DNA of 64,000 nt, taken from the NCBI GenBank assembly GCA_002772995.1, contig PFCO01000001.1, positions 128,244-192,243 of the forward strand, written 5' to 3'. This DNA comes from Candidatus Niyogibacteria bacterium CG10_big_fil_rev_8_21_14_0_10_46_36 (GTDB lineage Bacteria > Patescibacteriota > Minisyncoccia > 1-14-0-10-42-19). Shown here piece after piece: positions 1-8,254 of the stretch (position 1 is the first letter of the stretch; every line of letters starts with the position of its first letter). A program made the translations under genes and the position numbers. The notes under the pieces were generated by a model that was not told the DNA's origin, ran no database searches, and saw nothing but the letters and a program-made list of their open reading frames with translations.

Positions 1-213
1 AACCGTACGAAAATAAATATTTCCGTTGTATGTGTCCAATAACATGCTTATCTTTTCACTTGGTTCTTTTGCAATATCGGCAACAATAACCTTTGCGTTC
101 GCGCGCAATAATGTTTCTACATACTGCGCACCAAGCCTGCCATTACCGCCGGTTACAATAGCAACCCTGCCCTGGAGATTAAACATATCGTAAAGACATT
201 CTTTATGAAGCAT
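1..213 (-). CDS. Short-chain dehydrogenase/reductase (SDR), N-terminal part only; the C-terminus lies beyond the window start.
   Basis: Reverse-complement translation from the ATG at 213..211 gives MLHKECLYDMFNLQGRVAIVTGGNGRLGAQYVETLLRANAKVIVADIAKEP, with a TGGxGxLG Rossmann motif. An AAGGAGG ribosome-binding site sits 7 nt upstream (220-226 on the minus strand). The ORF is absent from the track because it runs off the window edge. Confidence 0.5.
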   Translation of the reverse strand, partial: MLHKECLYDMFNLQGRVAIVTGGNGRLGAQYVETLLRANAKVIVADIAKEPSEKISMLLDTYNGNIYFRTV

Positions 214-277
214 TCGTGCCTCCTTTATGTGTCTTTTTTTTAAATAACGCTGGACATATTATACAAGAAAATAAATG

Positions 278-306
278 AAAAACAAGCCCTTCCGGGCTTG
301 TTTTAT
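278..306 (-). terminator. Intrinsic terminator downstream of the HAD gene.
   Basis: ACAAGCCC-TTCC-GGGCTTGT 8-bp stem at 283-302, with a T-run on the minus strand. Confidence 0.6.
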
Positions 307-965
307 ATGTATCGTTTTATGTCGAGCACATTATGCACAACAGGGAACGGCTTATGCTCATCCCAAGCATTCATTTCATTCCTCACCCCCACAAACGCAC
401 ACCCAACCTCCTCTGCAGCTTTTACATCAGTATCGCTGTCTCCGATGAGAACCATCTCGTGAGCACTCACCCGTTCTCGCTCCAATATTTTTTCGAAATT
501 TCCTTGCTTTGCGGCAAGGATGCCGCCGTCTTGAGTTATCGGCCGGCCATATACTTCTTTAAAATATTTTCTTATATCCAGCCGTTCAAGAATGCGTATA
601 AGCGCGTCCTCGGGCGTTCCGGAATTAATGTATAACGAATACTGCCCCGATAAGTCTTTAATCGCCTCAAGCGCTCCGGCAACGCATCCCCGCTCAATAA
701 TTTTTGATTCTACCTTTTTGCTGTATGCGTCAGCATACCGCACTACAAGAGGTTCTATTCTATGTTCCGGAGTTTGCAACTCCTTCAAAATAGCGCGGAA
801 GATAGTATATCGTGACTCTTGCTCTTGCAAGGAAGCAAACACCTTCTGTACTGCGGCATGCCCCTCGGTATATGTCTCCGGAAAAAAATCAAACCACGCG
901 TCTTGCTTCAACTTTGGAGAATCAACGATAACGCCGTCAAAATCAAATACAATAACTTTTATCAT
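303..965 (-). CDS. HAD-superfamily hydrolase (beta-phosphoglucomutase/phosphatase-like).
   Basis: The N-terminus reads VIVFDFDGVIVDS (DxDGV motif I), and GDSDTDVKAA near the C-terminus matches motif III. Length is 220 aa. Confidence 0.7.
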   Translation of the reverse strand: MIKVIVFDFDGVIVDSPKLKQDAWFDFFPETYTEGHAAVQKVFASLQEQESRYTIFRAILKELQTPEHRIEPLVVRYADAYSKKVESKIIERGCVAGALEAIKDLSGQYSLYINSGTPEDALIRILERLDIRKYFKEVYGRPITQDGGILAAKQGNFEKILERERVSAHEMVLIGDSDTDVKAAEEVGCAFVGVRNEMNAWDEHKPFPVVHNVLDIKRYI

Positions 966-1000
966 GCTGCCATCCTATAATCCAAATGCGCTCTCGTCAA

Positions 1001-1036
1001 ACAAAAAATACCAGCATACATGCTGGTATTTTATAT
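1001..1036 (-). terminator. Intrinsic terminator downstream of the NeuB-family gene.
   Basis: ATACCAGCAT-ACA-TGCTGGTAT stem at 1008-1029, flanked by AAAAAATA and TTTTAT. Confidence 0.6.
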
Positions 1037-2110
1037 TTAAGAAATGTGCTTCTCAGTAATCACGCTGTCTTCTTCAATATCTACTGACGCAGTTTTCCCA
1101 AGAACTTCTTTTATCTGATACGGCTTAAATCCGTACCCGGGGCTCTTACATGAGAGCATATCCGCAGTAATGACTGTTCCCGCTTTGATGCGTTTTTGAG
1201 AGACAATACTCTTTCCATGCTTGTTGCGGACCTGCTCTTCGTCAGAAAGAAAATTTTTACGCGGCGTTCCCCATGCCCGTTCTATCCTGCGAGTGCTATC
1301 TACCATCTCTTTAAACTCTTCCGGCTCAATGCTTACCGTGCCATGATCAGGGCCCGGCATCGATTTATCAAGAGTGATGTGGCGCTCAATGGTTTTTGCG
1401 CCCATAGCCACTGCGGCGATGCTTGGAAGAATGTCCCGCTCATGCCCGGAATATCCTATGGGCACCTGAGCGTACCGTTTTTTAAAAAACGGTATGGTGG
1501 AAAGATGCAACTTTTCGTCAGACGTCGGGTACGAAGTAACGCAATGCTTAATAACAAGCTGGTTATTGTGCCTCAGTATAGTCCCCACTGCGCGATCAAG
1601 TTCTTCTATGGTAACCATGCCTGAAGAAAGAAATACCGGCTTTCCTTTCCGGGCAACATATTCCAAAAGCGGAGTGTTGGTAACATCAAAAGAAGCAATT
1701 TTGTATGTCTCTACACCTATGTCTTCCAGAAAATCAACACTATGCGTATCAAACGGGGTTGCAAAAAATATAACCCCCAATGACTCTGCATATTCTTTTA
1801 GCCGGATGAATTCTTCCTTTGTTAACTCAAGCGCTTCGCGATATTCGCCGTATGTCTTGCCGTATACTTCGTCTTTTGTTTGCGGCTTTTCACGAAGCTC
1901 GCGCGCAAACACATCAACAATAGAGCGTTTTTGCAATTTTACAGCATTTGCTCCCGCCCAAACCGCTTTTTCTATTGTACGCTTTGCAACATAATAATCC
2001 CCGTTATGATTATTGCCAATCTCGGCAATAAAAAAAACGGGCGCGCCGTTTCCAACCTGCACATTGCCTATCGTAATCTGAGATCTAGCTTTTTCAAGGT
2101 ACTGTTTCAT
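1037..2110 (-). CDS. NeuB-family nonulosonic acid synthase (N-acetylneuraminate/pseudaminate/legionaminate synthase type) with a C-terminal SAF domain.
   Basis: FIAEIGNNHNGDYYVAKRTIEKAVWAGANAVKLQKR is the NeuB TIM-barrel signature. The roughly 60 aa C-terminal SAF/antifreeze-like domain reads KRIKAGTVITADMLSCKSPGYG. Length is 357 aa. Confidence 0.8.
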   Translation of the reverse strand: MKQYLEKARSQITIGNVQVGNGAPVFFIAEIGNNHNGDYYVAKRTIEKAVWAGANAVKLQKRSIVDVFARELREKPQTKDEVYGKTYGEYREALELTKEEFIRLKEYAESLGVIFFATPFDTHSVDFLEDIGVETYKIASFDVTNTPLLEYVARKGKPVFLSSGMVTIEELDRAVGTILRHNNQLVIKHCVTSYPTSDEKLHLSTIPFFKKRYAQVPIGYSGHERDILPSIAAVAMGAKTIERHITLDKSMPGPDHGTVSIEPEEFKEMVDSTRRIERAWGTPRKNFLSDEEQVRNKHGKSIVSQKRIKAGTVITADMLSCKSPGYGFKPYQIKEVLGKTASVDIEEDSVITEKHIS

Positions 2111-2192
2111 AGCAGTCCTATAATAAAAAGCGCTGCCCCTTCAAGCAACGCAAATCATTAATAGACAATAAATACATTATTTTATCAAATGC

Positions 2193-3086
2193 TCAGAATG
2201 CTCTTTTGCAAGCCTGCCACATATCCTTTGCGATTCGCTTTTTACTCCAAAATACGAAACGAATCCATATCGGCACAAAGCCAATCTTTCTTTGCAGTGG
2301 AACAACCGGGGATGTTATCGGCCTCCACAAAAACATCCATACATAGATACTAAAAGAAAAGGGACGCGTATATACATGCCCGATCTGCTCATTGGCGTAC
2401 CGGATACGCCCTACTGTTTTTTTGTATTGCTTCGTAAATACTTTGTCCGGCACCGCATAAAATGGCGTCGCCAAAGCAAGCTCTGCAAGCATGGGCCTAT
2501 CCCAGCGTATGCATTCTGGCGTATTCCGCAAAAACGCGCGCTGAATAAATGCGGTGCGGAATAATCCATACAAATAGATATGAAGCGGCGCATCAAATGC
2601 CAATTTCTCATAAATTGCGTAAGGCGTTTGATGTGTTGTATGCAAATTGCCGGTAAGACGGACGCTATCCTTGAAGACGCCGTCATCATAAAAACGATCA
2701 AACGACCCCATTGCTACCTGATATTCGGGATGCGCCTCAAGCGCAGCAAGCAGCAGTTCTATAAAATTCTTTTCCCATACATCGTCATCAGACGCTAACA
2801 TAAAATACGAACCGCGCGCCTCACGGATCACAAAAGAAATATTCGCGACTTGTCCCTTATTTTCTGTGTGACGGATATAACGAATGCGCGAGTCTCTGGC
2901 TGCGTATGCCGTACATATTGCATCAGTGCTGTCAGAAGAAGCATTATCGGAAATGATGATCTCTGTGCGCGCATGCGTTTGAGCAAGCAATGAGTCAAGC
3001 GCGCGGCACAATTCCTTTTCACCATTTTCCCGGGAAACACTATTATAAACAGGCAGTCCTATTGAAATGAGCGGTTCGTGGGTCAT
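2193..3086 (-). CDS. Family 2 glycosyltransferase (GT-A fold).
   Basis: ISIGLPVYNSVSRENGEKELCRALDSLLAQTHARTEIIISDNASSDST is the typical GT2 N-terminal region with a DxD region. It overlaps the upstream gene by 4 nt (ATGA). Confidence 0.75.
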   Translation of the reverse strand: MTHEPLISIGLPVYNSVSRENGEKELCRALDSLLAQTHARTEIIISDNASSDSTDAICTAYAARDSRIRYIRHTENKGQVANISFVIREARGSYFMLASDDDVWEKNFIELLLAALEAHPEYQVAMGSFDRFYDDGVFKDSVRLTGNLHTTHQTPYAIYEKLAFDAPLHIYLYGLFRTAFIQRAFLRNTPECIRWDRPMLAELALATPFYAVPDKVFTKQYKKTVGRIRYANEQIGHVYTRPFSFSIYVWMFLWRPITSPVVPLQRKIGFVPIWIRFVFWSKKRIAKDMWQACKRAF

Positions 3087-3916
3087 AGGATATTACTATA
3101 AAAATCAGCTGTCTTCCGGATGCCTTCACGTAATAATGTGCGTGGCTCCCATCCCGTATCTTTCTTTATGCGCGTGATATCGGCGCATATCGTGTTGTGA
3201 ATAGGTCTCGGTATATAGTTGTACGAAAGAGCCACATGCGACACCATCGTACCAACCGCGCAAGCGCTGCCTGATCCTATATCATACGTCCCCGACGCCT
3301 GCTCTGATCCGACAAGGTCGCACATCGCATCAGCCGCGTCTTCTACGAAAACAAAATCATGGGAAGCATTCGGATTTTTAATATCCGGGATTATGCCATT
3401 TGATACTTGAGTGATCACTGACGGCAAAAGGGAGTCTTTCCGCTGCCCGGGTCCATACACATAAAATAGGCGCGCCCATATAAAACGAATATCGCTTTTC
3501 TGCGCGAGCAATTCTCCGTATTCCCGAACAGCTTGTTTCGCCCGCACAAATGATACGGGTGCTTCCGGGTCGTGCTCCCATCCGCTCCCCACGCCTACGA
3601 TCGTCCTGCATCCGGAACTGCGTAAAACATCGAAAAGGGTGATGCTATAAGCAGCATTTTTATCGCTTGTTCTTTTGTCATACTGAGGGATGCCCTCCCA
3701 TGCCATATGTATCGCCGCATCAGGAGCATAAGCATTCAAGGCGTCTTTCCATCGCAAACTATCCGCAAGATCTCCTTGTATGATGCGTTCTTTCGAACGC
3801 TCTTTTCTCCTTCCTGGAGAGCGCTCAAGAGATAATACATAATGACCACGCCTTAAAAGCAATTCGCGTACATACGAACCTATAAACCCAGTGCCTCCTG
3901 TTATAAAAATTCTCAT
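3083..3916 (-). CDS. NAD-dependent sugar epimerase/dehydratase (extended SDR).
   Basis: MRIFITGGTGFIGSYVRELLLRRGHYV carries the GxxGxxG motif. It has a 4-nt overlap with the upstream gene. Confidence 0.75.
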   Translation of the reverse strand: MRIFITGGTGFIGSYVRELLLRRGHYVLSLERSPGRRKERSKERIIQGDLADSLRWKDALNAYAPDAAIHMAWEGIPQYDKRTSDKNAAYSITLFDVLRSSGCRTIVGVGSGWEHDPEAPVSFVRAKQAVREYGELLAQKSDIRFIWARLFYVYGPGQRKDSLLPSVITQVSNGIIPDIKNPNASHDFVFVEDAADAMCDLVGSEQASGTYDIGSGSACAVGTMVSHVALSYNYIPRPIHNTICADITRIKKDTGWEPRTLLREGIRKTADFYSNIL

Positions 3917-5115
3917 GATAACGCGCTGGCAATAGATAAGAGGTCTTTTTGTCCGTTAAGCAAAAATGTTTTGCACCCCGCAGCGTTCCCCGCCTGCTCA
4001 TCACGGATATCATCCCCAATAAAAATAGCTTTCGTAATATCAAAGAAATGGTCGTGTGCCGCTTGTAAAAGCATCCCCGGTTTTGGTTTTCTACATCCGC
4101 AATTATCTGTGTCATTATGAAAACACGCATATATGCCGCGCACGGAAATCCCTTCTTTGTCGCATACATCCCGCATACGAGCATGAATATCGTCTACGTC
4201 CTTTTCCGCCATATATCCGCGGGCAACACCGCGCTGATTTGTTGCGATAAAAATATCATATCCCTTCCGCGTGAGCATACGCATCGCGTCTAACGCATCT
4301 GGCAAAAATTCGAACTCACTCCACCGCTTTACATAATCCCCCTCTCGCGGTTTTTTATTTATAACTCCATCCCGGTCAAGTATGACACTTTTTTTAGGAG
4401 TAAAAAATTTTTCAGCAACTAATAACCGATCGTGATTAGTAATTGTATAATAATGATGCTCAGTACTATACGCAGCAACCTTGCCCTGCGCTACAAGCGG
4501 CGGCAGGATGTCCTCTTCAAATGAAATATTCCCCGAAGGCATACCCTCACACATATCACGCGTAAGGACAAAACAACCTATATCAATAGCGTGAGCACGT
4601 TTATCTTTCCGCATTTTATCGTATACATACACCAGACCGTCCGAACGGAGAGCCACGTTATTTTCATTCCCGTACTCGCCGGCGCCGTCGGTATTTGCGT
4701 ACACCGACATAAGAACCGGCGCACCGATACGAACATATTCTGCGGATATGCGAGAAAGTATAAACGGCCAATAATTATCTCCGTACAATAAAAAAAATGT
4801 ATCGTGCAAAGCATGGCGCGCATCATATATGCGTTTGCCTGTTTGGTCTTCAGGCGAACCGTTGCTGTATGCGATATGTACACCGAAACGCGTTCCATCC
4901 CCAAAATGAGACTTAATCTTCTCCCCCAAGTATCCAATGAGTAATACTATGTCTGTAATACCCTCATCCCGGAGACGCGTTATCAGATATTCAAGAAATG
5001 GACGCCCATACACGGGCGCCATTGGTTTTGGTACCGTGCGCGTAAGCGGCAAAAGCCGCTCTCCTTTGCCGCCCGCGAGTATAACCGCTTGTCGTATGGG
5101 AGTCTTCATATCCAT
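3913..5115 (-). CDS. Bifunctional fusion of a sugar-1-phosphate nucleotidyltransferase (HddC-like) at the N-terminus and a D,D-heptose-1,7-bisphosphate phosphatase (GmhB-type HAD) at the C-terminus.
   Basis: The N-terminal region AVILAGGKGERLLPLTRTVPKPMAPVYGRPFLEY is the RmlA/GlmU-type nucleotidyltransferase G-rich loop. The C-terminal region KSVILDRDGVINKK...FIATNQRGVARGYM...CGCRKPKPGMLLQA...IFIGDDIRDEQAG matches GmhB motifs I-IV, including the Cys-rich insert. Length is 400 aa. Confidence 0.7.
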   Translation of the reverse strand: MDMKTPIRQAVILAGGKGERLLPLTRTVPKPMAPVYGRPFLEYLITRLRDEGITDIVLLIGYLGEKIKSHFGDGTRFGVHIAYSNGSPEDQTGKRIYDARHALHDTFFLLYGDNYWPFILSRISAEYVRIGAPVLMSVYANTDGAGEYGNENNVALRSDGLVYVYDKMRKDKRAHAIDIGCFVLTRDMCEGMPSGNISFEEDILPPLVAQGKVAAYSTEHHYYTITNHDRLLVAEKFFTPKKSVILDRDGVINKKPREGDYVKRWSEFEFLPDALDAMRMLTRKGYDIFIATNQRGVARGYMAEKDVDDIHARMRDVCDKEGISVRGIYACFHNDTDNCGCRKPKPGMLLQAAHDHFFDITKAIFIGDDIRDEQAGNAAGCKTFLLNGQKDLLSIASALS

Positions 5116-6137
5116 TCAAGTTGGGCATTCACCCGTTTTGTATCAAGAAGATGTTTGATCTGAAGAAGGCGATTCGTGCGCCGTCCGCGAAAATCGTCTT
5201 CTGTAAATCCTATACGGCCAAAAAACGAGACGAGTTCCTCTGCCCCCTTCTGCATAGTCCACTGCGGCGCAAATCTGTCTCCAAATGCGTTATAAAATTT
5301 TTTAAATGAAATTTTATATGTGCGGGCATCGCTCCCATGTTCGCCTGTATAGGTGACTTTGCTTTTCGGCACTGCTTTCTGCACCGCTTCCGCAATTTCC
5401 CGGACCGTGTAGTTGCCGTGCGGATACCCCACATGAAATGCCTGTTTTTGCACAATATCCGCAGGAGCTTCGAGTGCCAGCATAAATGCCATTGCGGCAT
5501 CCTGTACATGGAGTACCGGGCGCCAAGGAGTCCCATCGCTTTTTATCTCTATCACCCCCGCTGTATACGCAGATCCCGTTAAACTATTCAGCACAATGTC
5601 AGAGCGCAGATACGGACTTACGCCGAATACCGTAGACGGACGAAGCACCGTAACAATAAAATCATCCGACGCAAGAGCGCGGATTGCTTCTTCCGCTCTC
5701 CATTTTGTATCCGCATATGCTGTCAACGGATGCTTTGAGCTCTTATCTTCGTCAAGCTCTTCAACGCTTTCAGATATGCCATACATGCTTTGTGAAGACG
5801 AAAATACAAAACGCTTAACGCCCGCGTTTTTTGCACATACCGCAAGATGCGCCGTTCCTTTAAAATTAATGTCTTCTGTTAAAGACGGATTCAAGTCGCC
5901 CAACGGATCGTTTGAAAGGGCAGCAAGATGAATGACGGCATCCATATCCGCAAGGTCCTGAGCTGTAAGAGCGCGAATATCTTTGCGCAAAAAAACAATA
6001 TCAAAAGGCGTGCCGTCAAGCCGGCATTCTTCGTAATATCCTATATCACACCCAGTCACCTCGTGCCCGCGCCCCTGTAGCAGAGGAACAAGCACAGAAC
6101 CAATATAGCCGAGATGTCCGGTCACAAATACTCGCAT
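5106..6137 (-). CDS. NAD-dependent epimerase/dehydratase (possible nucleotide-heptose epimerase).
   Basis: MRVFVTGHLGYIGSVLVPLLQGRGHEVTGCD is a Rossmann GxxGxxG. It is the first gene of the minus-strand operon, with a 10-nt overlap with the next gene. Confidence 0.7.
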   Translation of the reverse strand: MRVFVTGHLGYIGSVLVPLLQGRGHEVTGCDIGYYEECRLDGTPFDIVFLRKDIRALTAQDLADMDAVIHLAALSNDPLGDLNPSLTEDINFKGTAHLAVCAKNAGVKRFVFSSSQSMYGISESVEELDEDKSSKHPLTAYADTKWRAEEAIRALASDDFIVTVLRPSTVFGVSPYLRSDIVLNSLTGSAYTAGVIEIKSDGTPWRPVLHVQDAAMAFMLALEAPADIVQKQAFHVGYPHGNYTVREIAEAVQKAVPKSKVTYTGEHGSDARTYKISFKKFYNAFGDRFAPQWTMQKGAEELVSFFGRIGFTEDDFRGRRTNRLLQIKHLLDTKRVNAQLEWI

Positions 6138-6166
6138 GCAAATAAACTATAAAATAAATATCGCAT

Positions 6167-6195
6167 TTGCGCTAATTGCACATCTATTGTAAAAT
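6167..6195 (+). promoter_or_regulatory. Candidate sigma70-like promoter for gmhA.
   Basis: TTGCGC (6167-6172), a 17-nt spacer, then TAAAAT (6190-6195). It lies 23 nt upstream of the gmhA ATG at 6218, inside the divergent intergenic region. Confidence 0.3.
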
Positions 6196-6217
6196 ATGTA
6201 TGCTACTTTTATTGAAT

Positions 6218-6802
6218 ATGGACAAATCATCAATAGAAACATTTCTCGCCCATATGAATAACGGCATTACCAATGCGTCTTTTACGGACGCACATGGTAA
6301 CGCATTTCCTTACGATAAAGCGCTTGGAGAAATAGCTGCTTTGTTCAAACATACAGCAGATACGGAGAAGAAACTGATATTTGTAGGAAATGGCGGGAGT
6401 GCCGCTATCGCAAGCCACATGGCGCAAGACTACACAAAAATAGGCGGTATCCGTGCCGTATGCTTCAATGACCCGTCTCTTATGAGCTGCTTTGGGAACG
6501 ACTATTCATTTGAAGATATGTTTGCGAAGGCAATAGAGTTCTACGCCGACCAAGGCGACACTGTTATTGCTATTTCTTCTTCGGGGTCATCAAAAAACAT
6601 TATTAACGCGGCAAAAACAGCAAAGGTTAATGGATGCGCTGTCGTAACTCTTTCCGGTTTTGATAAAAAAAATCCCCTCTTTGCATTGGGGACGCTCAAT
6701 ATTCATATTCCTACACAAACATACGGCACCACCGAAACTGCTCATGGTCTTTTTCTGCACGCAATCCTTGATCACCTTGCAGACAATCTCCCCCACAATT
6801 AA
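6218..6802 (+). CDS. gmhA: Sedoheptulose-7-phosphate isomerase (phosphoheptose isomerase, SIS domain).
   Basis: LIFVGNGGSAAIASHMAQDY and VIAISSSGSSKNIINAAKTAK are GmhA/SIS signatures. The track starts at a TTG at 6176. The ATG at 6218 (MDKSS...) is preferred, and the ATG at 6200 is an alternative. Confidence 0.75.
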   Translation: MDKSSIETFLAHMNNGITNASFTDAHGNAFPYDKALGEIAALFKHTADTEKKLIFVGNGGSAAIASHMAQDYTKIGGIRAVCFNDPSLMSCFGNDYSFEDMFAKAIEFYADQGDTVIAISSSGSSKNIINAAKTAKVNGCAVVTLSGFDKKNPLFALGTLNIHIPTQTYGTTETAHGLFLHAILDHLADNLPHN

Positions 6803-6804
6803 TA

Positions 6805-7782
6805 TCATTCGTCGTTATAGACAATAAGGCTCCCGGTGCGCTCAAATCGAAAATGCATCTCCCGCAATCCCGAAAGCGCCTTGCGCACATGTGCGTGATG
6901 TTCGGGTTCGCAATACAAAAGCAAAAATCCGCCCCCGCCGGAACCTAGAATCTTCCCCCCGCTTGCGCCCGCCGCACGAGCTTTTTCATAAAATGAGTCT
7001 ATCATCGCATTTGATATCTGGCTTGCGAGATTGCGCTTGTGCATCCAATTTTCATGAAGCGCCTGCCCGAGCGTCATGCGACCGGACCGCAGGTCCTCTT
7101 GTGTTTCTTGGGCAAGACAAACCATCGCCTGCAACATAGACATATTTTGAGATGTGCGCTTTTTTTGTTCGTTAAGCACAACGCTTGATTTTGTATCGGT
7201 CCCCGTATGGAACAGAAGGAGATTGCTTTCAAGTATCGCATGTATGTCCGGGGATACAGGCACCGTCACTACATCAACGCGCTCATCTGGATAAAATTGC
7301 ATATAATTAAGGCGTCCGAAAGCTGCTGCGTATTGATCTTGCTTCCCCGCAGGTCGCCCTAAAATATCAATTTCTACCCGGCACGCATCCTCTGCTAGCT
7401 TGCGAGGCGTTACCGGTATTTTCTTGAACGCCGCAAGCGCGTGCAACACTCCAACGGCTAAACTACTTGAAGCGCCGAGACCGGTTCCCACTCCGCGCAA
7501 CGGCAAATCCGAAACTACGACCACCTCAATGCCGCCTGTAATGCCGTACAATGTGAGAGCCTCCCTGATGATGTCGTGCCGTACCTGGCTTACATGTGCC
7601 ACTATCTCATTTTGAGAGTAACTAACGCGAACTTCATCGCCAAATTTTCTATTGACGATGACATAGACATATTTATCGATAGCGGTACTTACTACGCTCC
7701 CCGCTCTATGCGTATAAAACTCTTTGAAATCAGTTCCTCCCCCGACAAAACTTATCCGGAAGGGTGTTCGTGAAATAATCAT
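6805..7782 (-). CDS. GHMP-family sugar kinase, most consistent with D-glycero-alpha-D-manno-heptose-7-phosphate kinase (HddA-like).
   Basis: PLRGVGTGLGASSSLAVGVLHAL is the GHMP ATP-binding motif. A glycine-rich C-terminus (GGKILGSGGGGF) is present. It sits next to the gmhA, hddC-gmhB and epimerase genes. Confidence 0.7.
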   Translation of the reverse strand: MIISRTPFRISFVGGGTDFKEFYTHRAGSVVSTAIDKYVYVIVNRKFGDEVRVSYSQNEIVAHVSQVRHDIIREALTLYGITGGIEVVVVSDLPLRGVGTGLGASSSLAVGVLHALAAFKKIPVTPRKLAEDACRVEIDILGRPAGKQDQYAAAFGRLNYMQFYPDERVDVVTVPVSPDIHAILESNLLLFHTGTDTKSSVVLNEQKKRTSQNMSMLQAMVCLAQETQEDLRSGRMTLGQALHENWMHKRNLASQISNAMIDSFYEKARAAGASGGKILGSGGGGFLLLYCEPEHHAHVRKALSGLREMHFRFERTGSLIVYNDE

Positions 7783-7787
7783 ACAAA

Positions 7788-8237
7788 TTAGTAATGTTTG
7801 CGTGACCAGTCATAGGGTATCTCCCCGGAAAGCGGATCTATCCGCGTGTAGCGAATATCCGGATTATGCGGCTCAGAAGCAATGTTACACATAATAGAAA
7901 AAGGCGCGGCTATCCCTTTTGAAGCATTTGCGATACCGGGAGGAATATGGACGAGGCAATAATTATCATCACCGAAATATACTTCTTCAAATTGCCTATA
8001 GGTCGGTGAATCCGGGCGCATATCATGCAGCACAAGCTTTACCGCCCCATGGATGCAAATATAATTCAATATCAAAGACTCATGGACATGCCACCCATTA
8101 ATGATATCTTTATATAATTTTTTAAAATACACTTCACCAAAATCATTCAATATCGTATCTTTCCGGACGCCATGCATAATAGCGCCCCGCTCGTCGGGGA
8201 ATTTTTTTAAAGAAATTATACGCACTCCTTCTATCAT
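7788..8237 (-). CDS. Cupin-fold NDP-sugar epimerase/isomerase (RmlC/FdtA-like).
   Basis: GEVYFKKLYKDIINGWHVHESLILNYICIHGAVKLVLHD resembles the dTDP-4-dehydrorhamnose 3,5-epimerase-like jelly-roll core. Length is 149 aa. Confidence 0.5.
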   Translation of the reverse strand: MIEGVRIISLKKFPDERGAIMHGVRKDTILNDFGEVYFKKLYKDIINGWHVHESLILNYICIHGAVKLVLHDMRPDSPTYRQFEEVYFGDDNYCLVHIPPGIANASKGIAAPFSIMCNIASEPHNPDIRYTRIDPLSGEIPYDWSRKHY

Positions 8238-8254
8238 GGTGTGTTTATTATATC

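Noticed and set aside
6176-6217. TTG-initiated 14-codon N-terminal extension of gmhA proposed by the track (MHIYCKICMLLLLN...).
   Set aside because: GmhA homologs begin close to the MDKSS... position. The extension is hydrophobic and Cys-rich and would overlap the candidate -10 element. The ATG at 6218 (or 6200) is more plausible.
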